Below are positions 1-8,804 of a stretch of DNA of 54,445 bases, piece after piece. The stretch comes from Craspedostauros australis (taxonomy: Eukaryota). The notes under the pieces were generated by a model that saw nothing but the letters and a program-made list of their open reading frames with translations, did not search any database and was not told the DNA's origin. The stretch lies in assembly GCA_030167865.1 (NCBI GenBank), contig JALAGF010000807.1, positions 1 through 54,445 on the forward strand. Reading direction: 5' to 3'. Position 1 is the stretch's first letter; each line of letters begins with the position of its first letter. A program made the position numbers and the translations under genes.

Positions 1-984
1 AGTGGTTTGGTTCACCATCACAAAGAGCGGCTCGAGAGGCTCAACGGCTTGTTCTCTGACCTTGGTGCGGTCCTTGCCTTCGAGCGCAGCGCGTTCTTCC
101 TTGGTAATGAGGATACGGTTGTTGGCTCGGGTGGCCGCATCATCGGGATCCGCGCTGAAACGTGACATCCTTGGTCGAGTCGTGGATGAGGCCGAAACGT
201 GGGTCGTGCGAATGGTTGGAATGGCAGTTTCACCGGTTACTGTGTCAGTGACGTCAGCAGGAATTTCGACAGTGAGATTCGTGTCAGCAAAAATGCCAGG
301 ACGAATGTTGCCAGGATCTGCGAGGGCTGACTGGAGTTCNTCAAGGGCTTGGGATTCNAANGTGTCCAAGGTTAAGTCCAGAATNTCGCCTTCNGCCNGA
401 AGAAGTTCNGGTTCTGTNNGAAGAGGAGTTCTGTCACGCGGAAGTTGTGGTTGCTGCGCGAAGACGCCAGCTGCCTGTGTGCTGGTGTCCTGTGCAGCTC
501 GTGTTGTTGTTGTTGCTGAAACAGAAGGAGAGGCGCGTCCGCCTGGGTCCTGTGCTGTCTCTTGAGGTGCAGGAGAAGAGGCTGCTTGAGCGGTCTCGGT
601 CGCTGCAGGTGGTTGCTGAAGAGAGGCAGGTGTTGCGGTCTCAGGTTGTTGGTGTGCGAGAGGAGGGACGGTGATGTCGGCTGCGGTCTCGACTTGTTCA
701 GGTGGCTGGAGAGGAGGGACGAGTGCGTCGGCTGCGGTCTCTGCCTGTTGTTGTTGTCGTCCGAGAGGAGGGACAGGATCGTCGGCTGCGGTCTCGGAGA
801 GTGCGACCTCGGGTTCTTCTGCTAGCGAAGGCGTGTCGGAGTCGTCTGTGTCACTGGAGGAGGTTGCGTTCGTTGTTTGTTGGCGATGCGGGTCCATGAG
901 CTTTGCGTTGTTTTGTTGTTTGTGTTGGATGATTGCGACGGTGAGAGTTTTGTTTGTGTTTTGGTCGTTGTCGGCAATGCGCAT
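1..984 (-). CDS. gag-like ORF of the retrotransposon, partial (open to the window edge)
   Basis: Manual translation: ATG at 984 (or 897, MDPHRQQ...), no stop through base 1. Acidic, Pro/Thr-rich N-terminus with ETAADxxVPPL repeats, then MSRFSADPDDAATRANNRILITKEERAALEGKDRTKVREQAVEPLEPLF. Missing from the ORF track because it has no stop. Gag identity is inferred only from its position after the PBS. Confidence 0.6.
   Translation of the reverse strand, partial: MRIADNDQNTNKTLTVAIIQHKQQNNAKLMDPHRQQTTNATSSSDTDDSDTPSLAEEPEVALSETAADDPVPPLGRQQQQAETAADALVPPLQPPEQVETAADITVPPLAHQQPETATPASLQQPPAATETAQAASSPAPQETAQDPGGRASPSVSATTTTRAAQDTSTQAAGVFAQQPQLPRDRTPLXTEXELLXXEGXILDLTLDXXESQALXELQSALADPGNIRPGIFADTNLTVEIPADVTDTVTGETAIPTIRTTHVSASSTTRPRMSRFSADPDDAATRANNRILITKEERAALEGKDRTKVREQAVEPLEPLFVMVNQTT
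650..800 (-). repeat. Three imperfect tandem coding repeats (ETAADxxVPPL) in the gag-like ORF
   Basis: GTCGGCTGCGGTCTC and GAGAGGAGGGAC each recur three times at ~50-54 bp spacing. Confidence 0.8.
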
Positions 985-1076
985 CCACACGCGGCATCGC
1001 TGTGATGGAGCGCGTTCGCCATGGTGCGGTCAGCACCGTGTGGTGCGGCGGGTGACGAACAAGCAGTGCCTGCGGT

Positions 1077-1090
1077 CCAGGCTCATAACC
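1077..1090 (-). other. Primer-binding site (internal tRNA-iMet anticodon-arm type)
   Basis: Plus strand CCAGGCTCATAACC matches the iMet anticodon arm (CTCATAA loop) and lies next to the candidate LTR end. Confidence 0.72.
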
Positions 1091-1094
1091 TAAT

Positions 1095-1332
1095 TGCTAC
1101 GGGCAAGTGTGTGTGTGTGTGTGTGTGTGTGAAGTTGAGTTGTGCCCATTAAGAGGGCCCATGGAAGGTCCCATGGGATTGTGAGCTTATTCTACTGTGG
1201 TCTTGACTTTGCGTCAAGTTTGCTAAATGTTGCGTGCGTTGCAGGCGCTCCTAATCGTGGCGTTGCTAGCGCAGCGGCGTACTGGTTCGGGTCTGGTGTC
1301 GTATCGACCAGCTGGACTAATTCATGATAACA
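1095..1332 (-). repeat. Candidate 5' LTR (~238 bp) containing a (GT)n microsatellite at ~1107-1131
   Basis: TG...CA termini with imperfect inverted ends TGTTA/TAGCA, adjacent to the PBS. Boundaries cannot be confirmed without the other LTR. Confidence 0.5.
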
Positions 1333-2440
1333 GATCCCAAGCAGAAGAACACAGAGTAACAGAACAGCGCCACCAAGAGGCGCTGAAGGTTCGCTATGGT
1401 GAGTGTGTGCGTGTCTGATTGTTGTCTTGGCGGCCTGGGTATCCGTTCCAACTTTTGCCAGACTCGTGAACGGTAAAGGTACGACCACATACGAGTTATG
1501 CCATCAGCGCTACCTTGAGATCTAATAGAGCGTCACTGGCTCCCGCGAGCATTTCCGAACTAACTGGCATGATGTGGTTGGTGGACTGAATGGGGTCATC
1601 CCATGAGATCAATCGTTCTTCGTTGATTGACATGGTCATCGTTGTGACTATCGTCGACGAGGAGCCTGGAGCCGCAACGAGTTGTTGCGACAAGTGAAAG
1701 AGCAAAAAGTCGCGACGATGTGGTGTTCTGTGTTCCCTTGAGTTCGGCGGTTCCAGAATGATGAAGCAAGGAGCGGTTTCGGCAGTTGGTTGTATCAAAC
1801 TCTCGTACTGGGGAAAGGCATGGAATTGAAAGGAGACAATGGATTCTGAGCTCAAGGCACGAGCCATTTACCTCTGGCGTATAGAAGGTCGCCATGAGTA
1901 CGCGCGCGTGACGCCTCGGCGGCTCCGTCGTTCACTTCTTGCGGAGAGAGGTTCGCCGTTGGAAGTGATGCTGTCGAAATTACATTTGCCCTTGCGAAAA
2001 AGTGTTCCCTCCCTTGGTGATTTGATCTGAATGCTCGAGGCAAGAAGTATGACCGACTATTAGTTGCGGAGAAAATGTTTGTTGCCGCGAAAGTGTTTGC
2101 CAGAGGAATGGTGGTAAGTCGTTGTCAACCGTGGCTCGCGCAGCGTCGTGGCTGGTTCATGTCTGCATGCGTCGAAGTGAATGGTGTCCGTCTCACAGGA
2201 TGTGCTACCGGACGCTATTTGGCGACAGGTTCTTCTGTGTCTATGCGAAACACCCATTCGTTGTCTTGCTCTTCTCTGCAACTGTTTGATGTGCTGGGAG
2301 CAATGATACGCATGGTATCCTCTTGAGAGGCTGCCTGATGGTGCTGATCATACTACTTTATGAAGGTATCTACTTCAGTGTTCATCTGCCTGAATTGGTG
2401 GCATGCTCGCACATAGGACAGACTCTGACATTCTGGTCTA

Positions 2441-5440
2441 TTACTCGTCGTCATCGTCGTCGTCATCATCGTCGTAATCATCATCGTCATCATCATCCTC
2501 GTCATCATCATCCTCGTCATCATCATCGTCATCGTCCTCTTCCATTTCATCTGTATGAAGATCTCCTGAGGTGGCCGCCGACTTATTTGCCGTTGGCGTG
2601 CCCATGCGGGTGTCGTTCTCGCCGTTCGCTTGCCGAGCCTCGTCGGAATCATCCAAGAATACCACGGATCTGAAGATCTGGGGACGGATGTATTCGGTGG
2701 TGACGACATCGACATCGCCGTCATCGTAGTCAATGTTGTGCATGCCCAGAGGATGGATGTCACGAATCTTCGCGGGGTACCAATCGCCTGATGAATGCAG
2801 CACATCCACCTTGTCGCCCTCCACGAATGGTTCGTATCTCTGAACGCTCTTGTTGCTCAGCGTCGCGTAGTCGCCGTCAGCGTCGAACTCGACGAGGCAG
2901 CGCGTGGAATCGTAGATACCGGCGATTGCACCCTGCAACCACTTGCCTCGCATCTTGTAGTTCGCTCGGACTCGGTCACCGAGTTTGAGTTGAATCGGAG
3001 CCTCTTCGTCGCCATCCGCGCTGCTGCCGTCTTTGCTATTGGACGTGTTTGGTCCCAATGCCGTCACTGTGGGAACGACGCGGGTCTTCCATGATGGCGC
3101 CGATGCATCCTTGATGATGCTGACCACCCCAATGTCGGATTTCAGGACGGCTGAGAAAGTTGATCTGTTCTCGTTGTTGACGGCCGCCACAGAACGGTTG
3201 GAATCTTGCATCGATCCAAACAGAATCGCCTCCCACCGTTTCACAAAGGCCGGCGTGAACCGCTGCGCCATCTTCGTGTCGCGCAGAGGTCCGAAGCGCC
3301 CATCGGCCTGGATCTGCTTCACCTCCGTCCACAGCGATCGCAGATCCGCGTTGCGTTGGGCGCGGATGGACTTGGAGACCACGTCCAGGACTTGCGCGTC
3401 GTTCATCAGCATCCAGTACCCGTTGGATGGGATTTGGTATATGAATCGTGGTTGGACGGCCTCGACAGGATCCTGCACCATGCGGATGAGCAGCTTGCTC
3501 GGCTCCGCCAGCGGCATATCGGCGACCTCTTCCAAAAGCCGCTGGAATCGCTTGTTGCCGGGATGGAAGTCGAGCATGTGGTTGTAGATGCCCAGCCATT
3601 CGGCATCGAAACGAGATCCGATAAGGACATCCATGCGTTCGGGGAAGACGGTGAGACCAAAGTCGAGATCCTGCACCATGGCTTCGGCGGCAGAAGCGTC
3701 GGCGCCGGTGCGTACGGCAGTTTCCATGGGCGGCGAGAATGGCTTGACGAAGGCCTCTCCCGATTTGACGCGGCGTGCCAACATGGTGTCGTTCATGTGC
3801 AAGTACAGTGCGTAGAATACCAGCAGGACGGAGCTGTGCGTGATGACGAGCCGTTTGAAGATGGTCGGTATCCACTGCGACGCTGTCCTGTTGCCGTTCG
3901 CGCTTTGGTGTTGTTGCTGCTTGCGAGTGCACAGCCACAGCATCGCACTGACGACGAGAGAGACGCCGAGGTACACGCCATGACCGATGGCGTTAGCTTG
4001 CACCAAGAAATCGATCCAATGCATGGTCATGGTGTCCAGGAACAGCTCCCAGTCATTGTTGGACTGACCTTGCAACCATTTCGGAATGCCGAGGGAGTCG
4101 AGGTAATCGATGAATGGTGGCAGCTCATAGGAGGCGTAGAAATCCTCGTCGTTGGCAAGCTGCCTTGCGAAGTGTTCCAACCAAGTGATGCCCCACTTGG
4201 CGCCGGAGAGCTTCCAGATGCCCCACGACCGTAATGTGATCATGGGCTGCGTCATGAGCCAATCGACGTTCTTGAGGTCGCTGTAGGTGTGGCCCCAGTG
4301 ATTCCATCGCTGGTAGTAGTACGTGCCCAGCGCCTGCTGTCGCCGATCTCCCGGCGTGTGCTTGTTGCGGCTGATGAAGGTGACGATGAACATGACGCGG
4401 TTGATGGGATTGTCCTGGTCGCGGTTGGCGGCGCCGCGGTGCCAGACGTTCTGGTTGAACATCATGGCGTCGCCCTTCTGCCACACTCCCTTCTCGACTC
4501 CGGTGAAGCCGTTGGAGCTGACCTCGAAGGAGTTGTTGTCCTCCATGCACATGTCACCGAGATAGATGTTGGCGCAGTTGTGGGTGCCTGGGCAGATGGT
4601 GGTTGCGCCCATCTTCGAGGTGGTGTCCTGCAGCGCCATGAACATGGTGTATGAATGCAGGAAGTTGCGCGAGTACAGGACGGAGGAACCCCAGTAATCG
4701 GAATCGCTGTGGATGCCTTGATCTTTTGCACCGTACATGCTGGTCATCGTGGAAATTTCCACGATCGCCGGATCCGGCCCAAGGATACCCTCGATGGTCT
4801 TCTTGACTTCCTCGTGCGTTCCGACTTCATGCAGGGCCTTCGTGATGATGGGGGTGTCGTGCGCACCAAGTCCCAGCGCAAGACGATTGATCTCATACCA
4901 GAACTTCTCATGCCATGACAAGGTGTCGCGCACCTCATTGCGGGATTCGAGGTAAGCTCTGAGATCGGTGGCCGTCTCCTGCGTCAGCACGTTCTTGAAC
5001 ACGACGGCGCCATGATCCATCATGACGTTGGCGGCCTCCTCGCCCGTTTGTTCCGGCGTGATGACGAGATCGCTGGCATCCTTGGTGGAAACATCCTGCC
5101 AAGTGCATTGGCGGTTGTAGTAGGTCAAGTCGAAGTCGAACTCGCTGTAGTAGCCGTCATCGTCGGCCTCGCCGCGACGGTACGAATCCACCAGCGGCAG
5201 GATGGTGTCCTTGTAGACGTGCTGCAACAGCAGCGACGACAGCAGCATGGCAAAGATTACCATCAACGGGATGTCGAGCAGGATCCAACGCAGAAGTCTG
5301 GCAACGGTTCGGATTTCCGAAATTGGCGAGCGCGGCGTCGTTTGATTTGGCGTCACCGTGCGCGACGCTGAAGAAGGCGAGGGCGATGCTGATGACGTTG
5401 CCTCATCGTTGGTGCGCACATCGTGTGCGATGAAGTGCAT
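2441..5440 (-). CDS. Membrane-anchored phytanoyl-CoA dioxygenase (PhyH)-like 2OG-Fe(II) oxygenase with DUF6824-like domain, two Tudor/Agenet-like domains and poly-Asp tail (999 aa)
   Basis: QGIHSD (HxD), GATTICPGTH and GDAMMFNQNVWHRGAAN...R motifs of the PhyH family. Three hydrophobic segments. DVLIGSR...HPGNKRF resembles DUF6824. GDRVRANYKMRGKWLQGAI...VEFDADGD and GDKVDVLHSSGDWYPAKI...IDYDDGD are Tudor-like. Confidence 0.85.
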   Translation of the reverse strand: MHFIAHDVRTNDEATSSASPSPSSASRTVTPNQTTPRSPISEIRTVARLLRWILLDIPLMVIFAMLLSSLLLQHVYKDTILPLVDSYRRGEADDDGYYSEFDFDLTYYNRQCTWQDVSTKDASDLVITPEQTGEEAANVMMDHGAVVFKNVLTQETATDLRAYLESRNEVRDTLSWHEKFWYEINRLALGLGAHDTPIITKALHEVGTHEEVKKTIEGILGPDPAIVEISTMTSMYGAKDQGIHSDSDYWGSSVLYSRNFLHSYTMFMALQDTTSKMGATTICPGTHNCANIYLGDMCMEDNNSFEVSSNGFTGVEKGVWQKGDAMMFNQNVWHRGAANRDQDNPINRVMFIVTFISRNKHTPGDRRQQALGTYYYQRWNHWGHTYSDLKNVDWLMTQPMITLRSWGIWKLSGAKWGITWLEHFARQLANDEDFYASYELPPFIDYLDSLGIPKWLQGQSNNDWELFLDTMTMHWIDFLVQANAIGHGVYLGVSLVVSAMLWLCTRKQQQHQSANGNRTASQWIPTIFKRLVITHSSVLLVFYALYLHMNDTMLARRVKSGEAFVKPFSPPMETAVRTGADASAAEAMVQDLDFGLTVFPERMDVLIGSRFDAEWLGIYNHMLDFHPGNKRFQRLLEEVADMPLAEPSKLLIRMVQDPVEAVQPRFIYQIPSNGYWMLMNDAQVLDVVSKSIRAQRNADLRSLWTEVKQIQADGRFGPLRDTKMAQRFTPAFVKRWEAILFGSMQDSNRSVAAVNNENRSTFSAVLKSDIGVVSIIKDASAPSWKTRVVPTVTALGPNTSNSKDGSSADGDEEAPIQLKLGDRVRANYKMRGKWLQGAIAGIYDSTRCLVEFDADGDYATLSNKSVQRYEPFVEGDKVDVLHSSGDWYPAKIRDIHPLGMHNIDYDDGDVDVVTTEYIRPQIFRSVVFLDDSDEARQANGENDTRMGTPTANKSAATSGDLHTDEMEEDDDDDDDEDDDDEDDDDDDDYDDDDDDDDDE

Positions 5441-6311
5441 GATGAGATGCTTTCGTTGTTGGAGATGACTGAGTGAGTGCGGATTGATGGAGCGAAGTTG
5501 GATGTATCTGCTGATCGTTGGGATGATCTGAGATAAGTGCTAACTTTCTTGCCAAACAGAATCACAAAAATACGAGTTTCGGTCAATGCGATGTTGTTGT
5601 TGTGGCAATGGGCGAGAACTGCGGTTCGAAGCGATGTTGTTGTCTCTGTTGTCTGCGATGGATGGCGCGGTTGATTGTGGATGATGCCGTGATTGGGACG
5701 GATGCGGCTCCCTCCGCTGTTGTTGTTCTTTGTTTCGTGTCTTTGGATGAGTGTGCGCCAATCTCAACGGACACTTGTGATCTGAAAAACACGCGAACCG
5801 GAAGGCCGTTGCGGAACAGTGTGTGCCAAGTCTACGAAGAACGGAACTAGATTAGTGTGGATGTTCTCGAGGTGGTTGCTCTGGACGTGCGACTCCTCGT
5901 GCCACACAACTACGGCCAAGGTCTTCGCCGCGGAGGTGATGTGCAACAGTGAGACCTGTGAGAGCTGCGAGAGCAGATCGTGGGATTACACTTGATCTGC
6001 ATCGTGGTCGTTGGACAAAAGGAGAGAAACAGCACGCAGCACTTGCGATGATCGATTGTTGGTGCAATGCCATCCATTCACTGGCTCCAGAGCGCATAGA
6101 AAGGAGGACTGCGTTCATCCGATGATATATTGTTATTATATTTTATAGTATGCGTACGGATACTGATGGCAAGACGCGTTGGCACATCACAAAGGAGTTT
6201 GCAAAAGCAGGTGAGCTTGCATGGAGCGCCATGGCTCCTTTCTTCGCGTGTCGGCTGATGCTGTTCTCTCTCGCCCCCTTGCTGCTCGTATTTCGCTCGA
6301 GTGTCCCAGAA

Positions 6312-7202
6312 TCATTTCTCCGGCACAAAAGGCATCGCAAAGACACTCGCCAGCATGGTGAGGAACATGAAGGCCATGGTCACCGGCGCAGCACCAAATG
6401 GTAGCCTTTCCGCGGCAGACGTGGGATTGGCGGTGGGGGCGTCGGTAGGCGGTGGGCTCGGTGACATTGTGCCTGCAGCGGCCGCCAAAAAAGAATCCAT
6501 GGTCCTTGTCAGCACGGTGTCTTTCTCCAACGTGGCTGTTGAATTGATCCCCCGCGCTACGATGACTGACTCCAGAACATTCATGGGTTTGACGACGTAG
6601 AAGGAGGTGGTAATTGCGTAAATATACTGAGGCAACGGATCGCCGAACCCTGAGACTTCTCCCTCGCAATCGATGCTCGACGCGTTGACGCGACCCTCGA
6701 ACTCTTCGAAAACCGAGTCGCTCGTGGAATCGGCCATCCTGAAGCACTCGTAGGAGGCGATGCTGCTGATCTGCACGATGCAACGTTCGTTGAACTCTAA
6801 CGAAACGCCCTTCGACGGCGGTGGCTTCCCGTTGATGAACCCCCCGCAGCCATAGATCAAGGCGTTTCGAATGCGCGTGTCAGATGCATCACGCGGCGCG
6901 CACTCCATGGTCAAGGTCCTACCATCCACAGTCAAGTTCTTGCCAGTGAACTCGAGCGGTCCGAAATCGAAGAAGTCTTGGCAGTTGTACTCATGGCAGA
7001 AGCCATCTGTACCACAGAACTCGCCCATGTCCAGATCGCAGACGTTCTGGTCAGTGGCACAGTTTGAACCAGCCCCATCCACCAACGGCATCCATGACGA
7101 CGATTGTGATGCGATGAGCGCAGCCAAGAAAACGCCCGTCATAGAAGAAGGGCTGCATGGGCGACGTGAGCGCCGCGTGAAAGCTGGAACGGTGCCGGCC
7201 AT
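6312..7202 (-). CDS. Secreted Cys-rich, putatively GPI-anchored surface protein, paralog 1 (296 aa)
   Basis: Likely ATG 7202 (MAGTVPAF), chosen by alignment with paralog 2. Hydrophobic signal, 10-Cys domain, PT-rich linker, C-terminal hydrophobic tail. Confidence 0.85.
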   Translation of the reverse strand: MAGTVPAFTRRSRRPCSPSSMTGVFLAALIASQSSSWMPLVDGAGSNCATDQNVCDLDMGEFCGTDGFCHEYNCQDFFDFGPLEFTGKNLTVDGRTLTMECAPRDASDTRIRNALIYGCGGFINGKPPPSKGVSLEFNERCIVQISSIASYECFRMADSTSDSVFEEFEGRVNASSIDCEGEVSGFGDPLPQYIYAITTSFYVVKPMNVLESVIVARGINSTATLEKDTVLTRTMDSFLAAAAGTMSPSPPPTDAPTANPTSAAERLPFGAAPVTMAFMFLTMLASVFAMPFVPEK

Positions 7203-7910
7203 GGTGTTGCTTTGCTGTGGCTGTTGCTGCTTCTTTTTATGATGGAAGACTTGCGGTGGCAGGCAACAGATGCGTGCTTGTGCGTTTGTTTCTGTGTTCG
7301 TGTTTGTGTTCTTCATTTTGTGCAGATGGAGTCTGGCCTCGTGTCTCTTCGCTTCCAGATGCGCGAACCGCCGATTGTCGCCAAAGCGAAGTGTTTTCTC
7401 CCACCTCTCAGTCCAAAAGATACTATTCGTCTTGCACGACCAAAACCGAACCGCGACTCCGGGTCTGACATGAGAATCACAGGAGAGGCTATGTCGCGAA
7501 TCAAGCGATACCATCGAGAAATTTGTACCATTCACCATTGGACAAGGCAACAAACAGGTGGACCAGACAATCATGACAATCACTCAATTCCTACATTGAG
7601 TGTCTTTCGGTTTATGTATTATGTCTTGTAGAGTCGAATCCTTCGAACGTTGCTGCATGCGCATCCTATCTATTTCGCAGCTTGTATGGATCATTGGCAC
7701 GTGGGAGCAGTCTCAGCTATTCGCATTCACGCCTTGCACCAGCATTGATGGCCACGAATGAGCTTGCGAGAATACAGTGCATTGCCATGGGGCATTGTAG
7801 CAGCATTCGTGCAGCTTTTGCTGCCGCGCCTTTCGTCTACTGATTTGCTCCCGTACTTCTCGCTCCCTCCCAACCTTCCTCCTTCTCTGTGTCATCCGAG
7901 TGTCCGCGGA

Positions 7911-8804
7911 TTACATCTCAGGCACGAAAGGCATCGCAAAGCCTCCGGCCAGCATGGTGAGGAGAATGAAAGCCATGGGATGTCCCGTCATTGGCACAGC
8001 ACCGGATGGCTGTCTCTCAGCGACCGAAGTGGGATTGGCGCTGGGAACCATGCTTGGCGGTTGGCTCGGTGGCATAGTCACCCGAGTGACCGCCAGGAGA
8101 GAATTCATGGTCTTTGTGAGTACGATGTCTTTGTCCAATGTGGTTGTCGAATTGATTCCCTGAATTACGATCACTGACTGCGGAGTGTTTGATTCTACCG
8201 TGGCAAGGTTGTAGGCGGTGACGATTTGATAAATGTACCGAGGCAACGGATCGCCATTGGCGTCGGTTTCTCCCTCGCAATCCACGCTAGATGCGTTGAC
8301 CTGATTCTCGAATTCATCGAACACAGTGTCGCTGGTGGAATCCGCCATCTGAAAGCACTCGAAGGAAGTGATCTCGCTGATCCGCACGATGCAACGTTCG
8401 TTGAACTCCAATGAGACCCCCTTCGACGGTGGCGGCTCCGAGTTGATGAATCCCCCACAGCCGTAGGTCAGGGCATTTCGAATGCGAGTATCGGAAGAAT
8501 CCCGCGGTGCGCACTCCATCTTCAAGGTTCTGCCATCGACAGTTAAGTTCCGCCCGGTGAACTCGAGTGGTCCAAAGTCGAAGAAGTCCTTGCAATTGTA
8601 AGCATGGCAGAAGCCATCTGCGCCGCAGAACTCGCCGATATCTGGGTCGCAGACGTTCTGGTCGGCAGTGCAGTTCGCACCAGCACCATGCGCCAATGGC
8701 ATCCACGATAATGCCAATGACGCAACAAGCGCAACGACGAAAAGAGCGTGCACAGAAGAGGTGCGTTGTGCCCCACGTGCGGCGATGGGAACGGCGGCGG
8801 TCAT
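7911..8804 (-). CDS. Secreted Cys-rich, putatively GPI-anchored surface protein, paralog 2 (297 aa)
   Basis: Likely ATG 8804 (MTAAVPIA). Closely similar to paralog 1 (FFDFGPLEFTG.NLTVDGRTL.MECAPRD.SDTRIRNAL...PPPSKGVSLEFNERC). Confidence 0.87.
   Translation of the reverse strand: MTAAVPIAARGAQRTSSVHALFVVALVASLALSWMPLAHGAGANCTADQNVCDPDIGEFCGADGFCHAYNCKDFFDFGPLEFTGRNLTVDGRTLKMECAPRDSSDTRIRNALTYGCGGFINSEPPPSKGVSLEFNERCIVRISEITSFECFQMADSTSDTVFDEFENQVNASSVDCEGETDANGDPLPRYIYQIVTAYNLATVESNTPQSVIVIQGINSTTTLDKDIVLTKTMNSLLAVTRVTMPPSQPPSMVPSANPTSVAERQPSGAVPMTGHPMAFILLTMLAGGFAMPFVPEM

Larger units (their letters stand above)
1..1332 (-). mobile_element. 5' portion of a Ty1/copia-like LTR retrotransposon (LTR + PBS + gag-like ORF), continuing beyond the left edge
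   Basis: On the minus strand a candidate LTR starts TGTTA at 1332 and ends TAGCA at 1095. After a 4-nt spacer comes GGTTATGAGCCTGG (1090-1077), complementary to the anticodon stem-loop of initiator tRNA-Met. This internal PBS type is used by Ty5/copia. A long open frame follows. The second LTR and pol are not visible. Confidence 0.72.

Noticed and set aside
1077-1091. tRNA-Met-like sequence
   Set aside because: Only the anticodon arm matches and there is no cloverleaf, so it is interpreted as a PBS.
2-1093. Plus-strand ORFs 2-565 and 671-1093
   Set aside because: Shadows of the minus-strand gag-like frame, which is continuous and oriented with the PBS.
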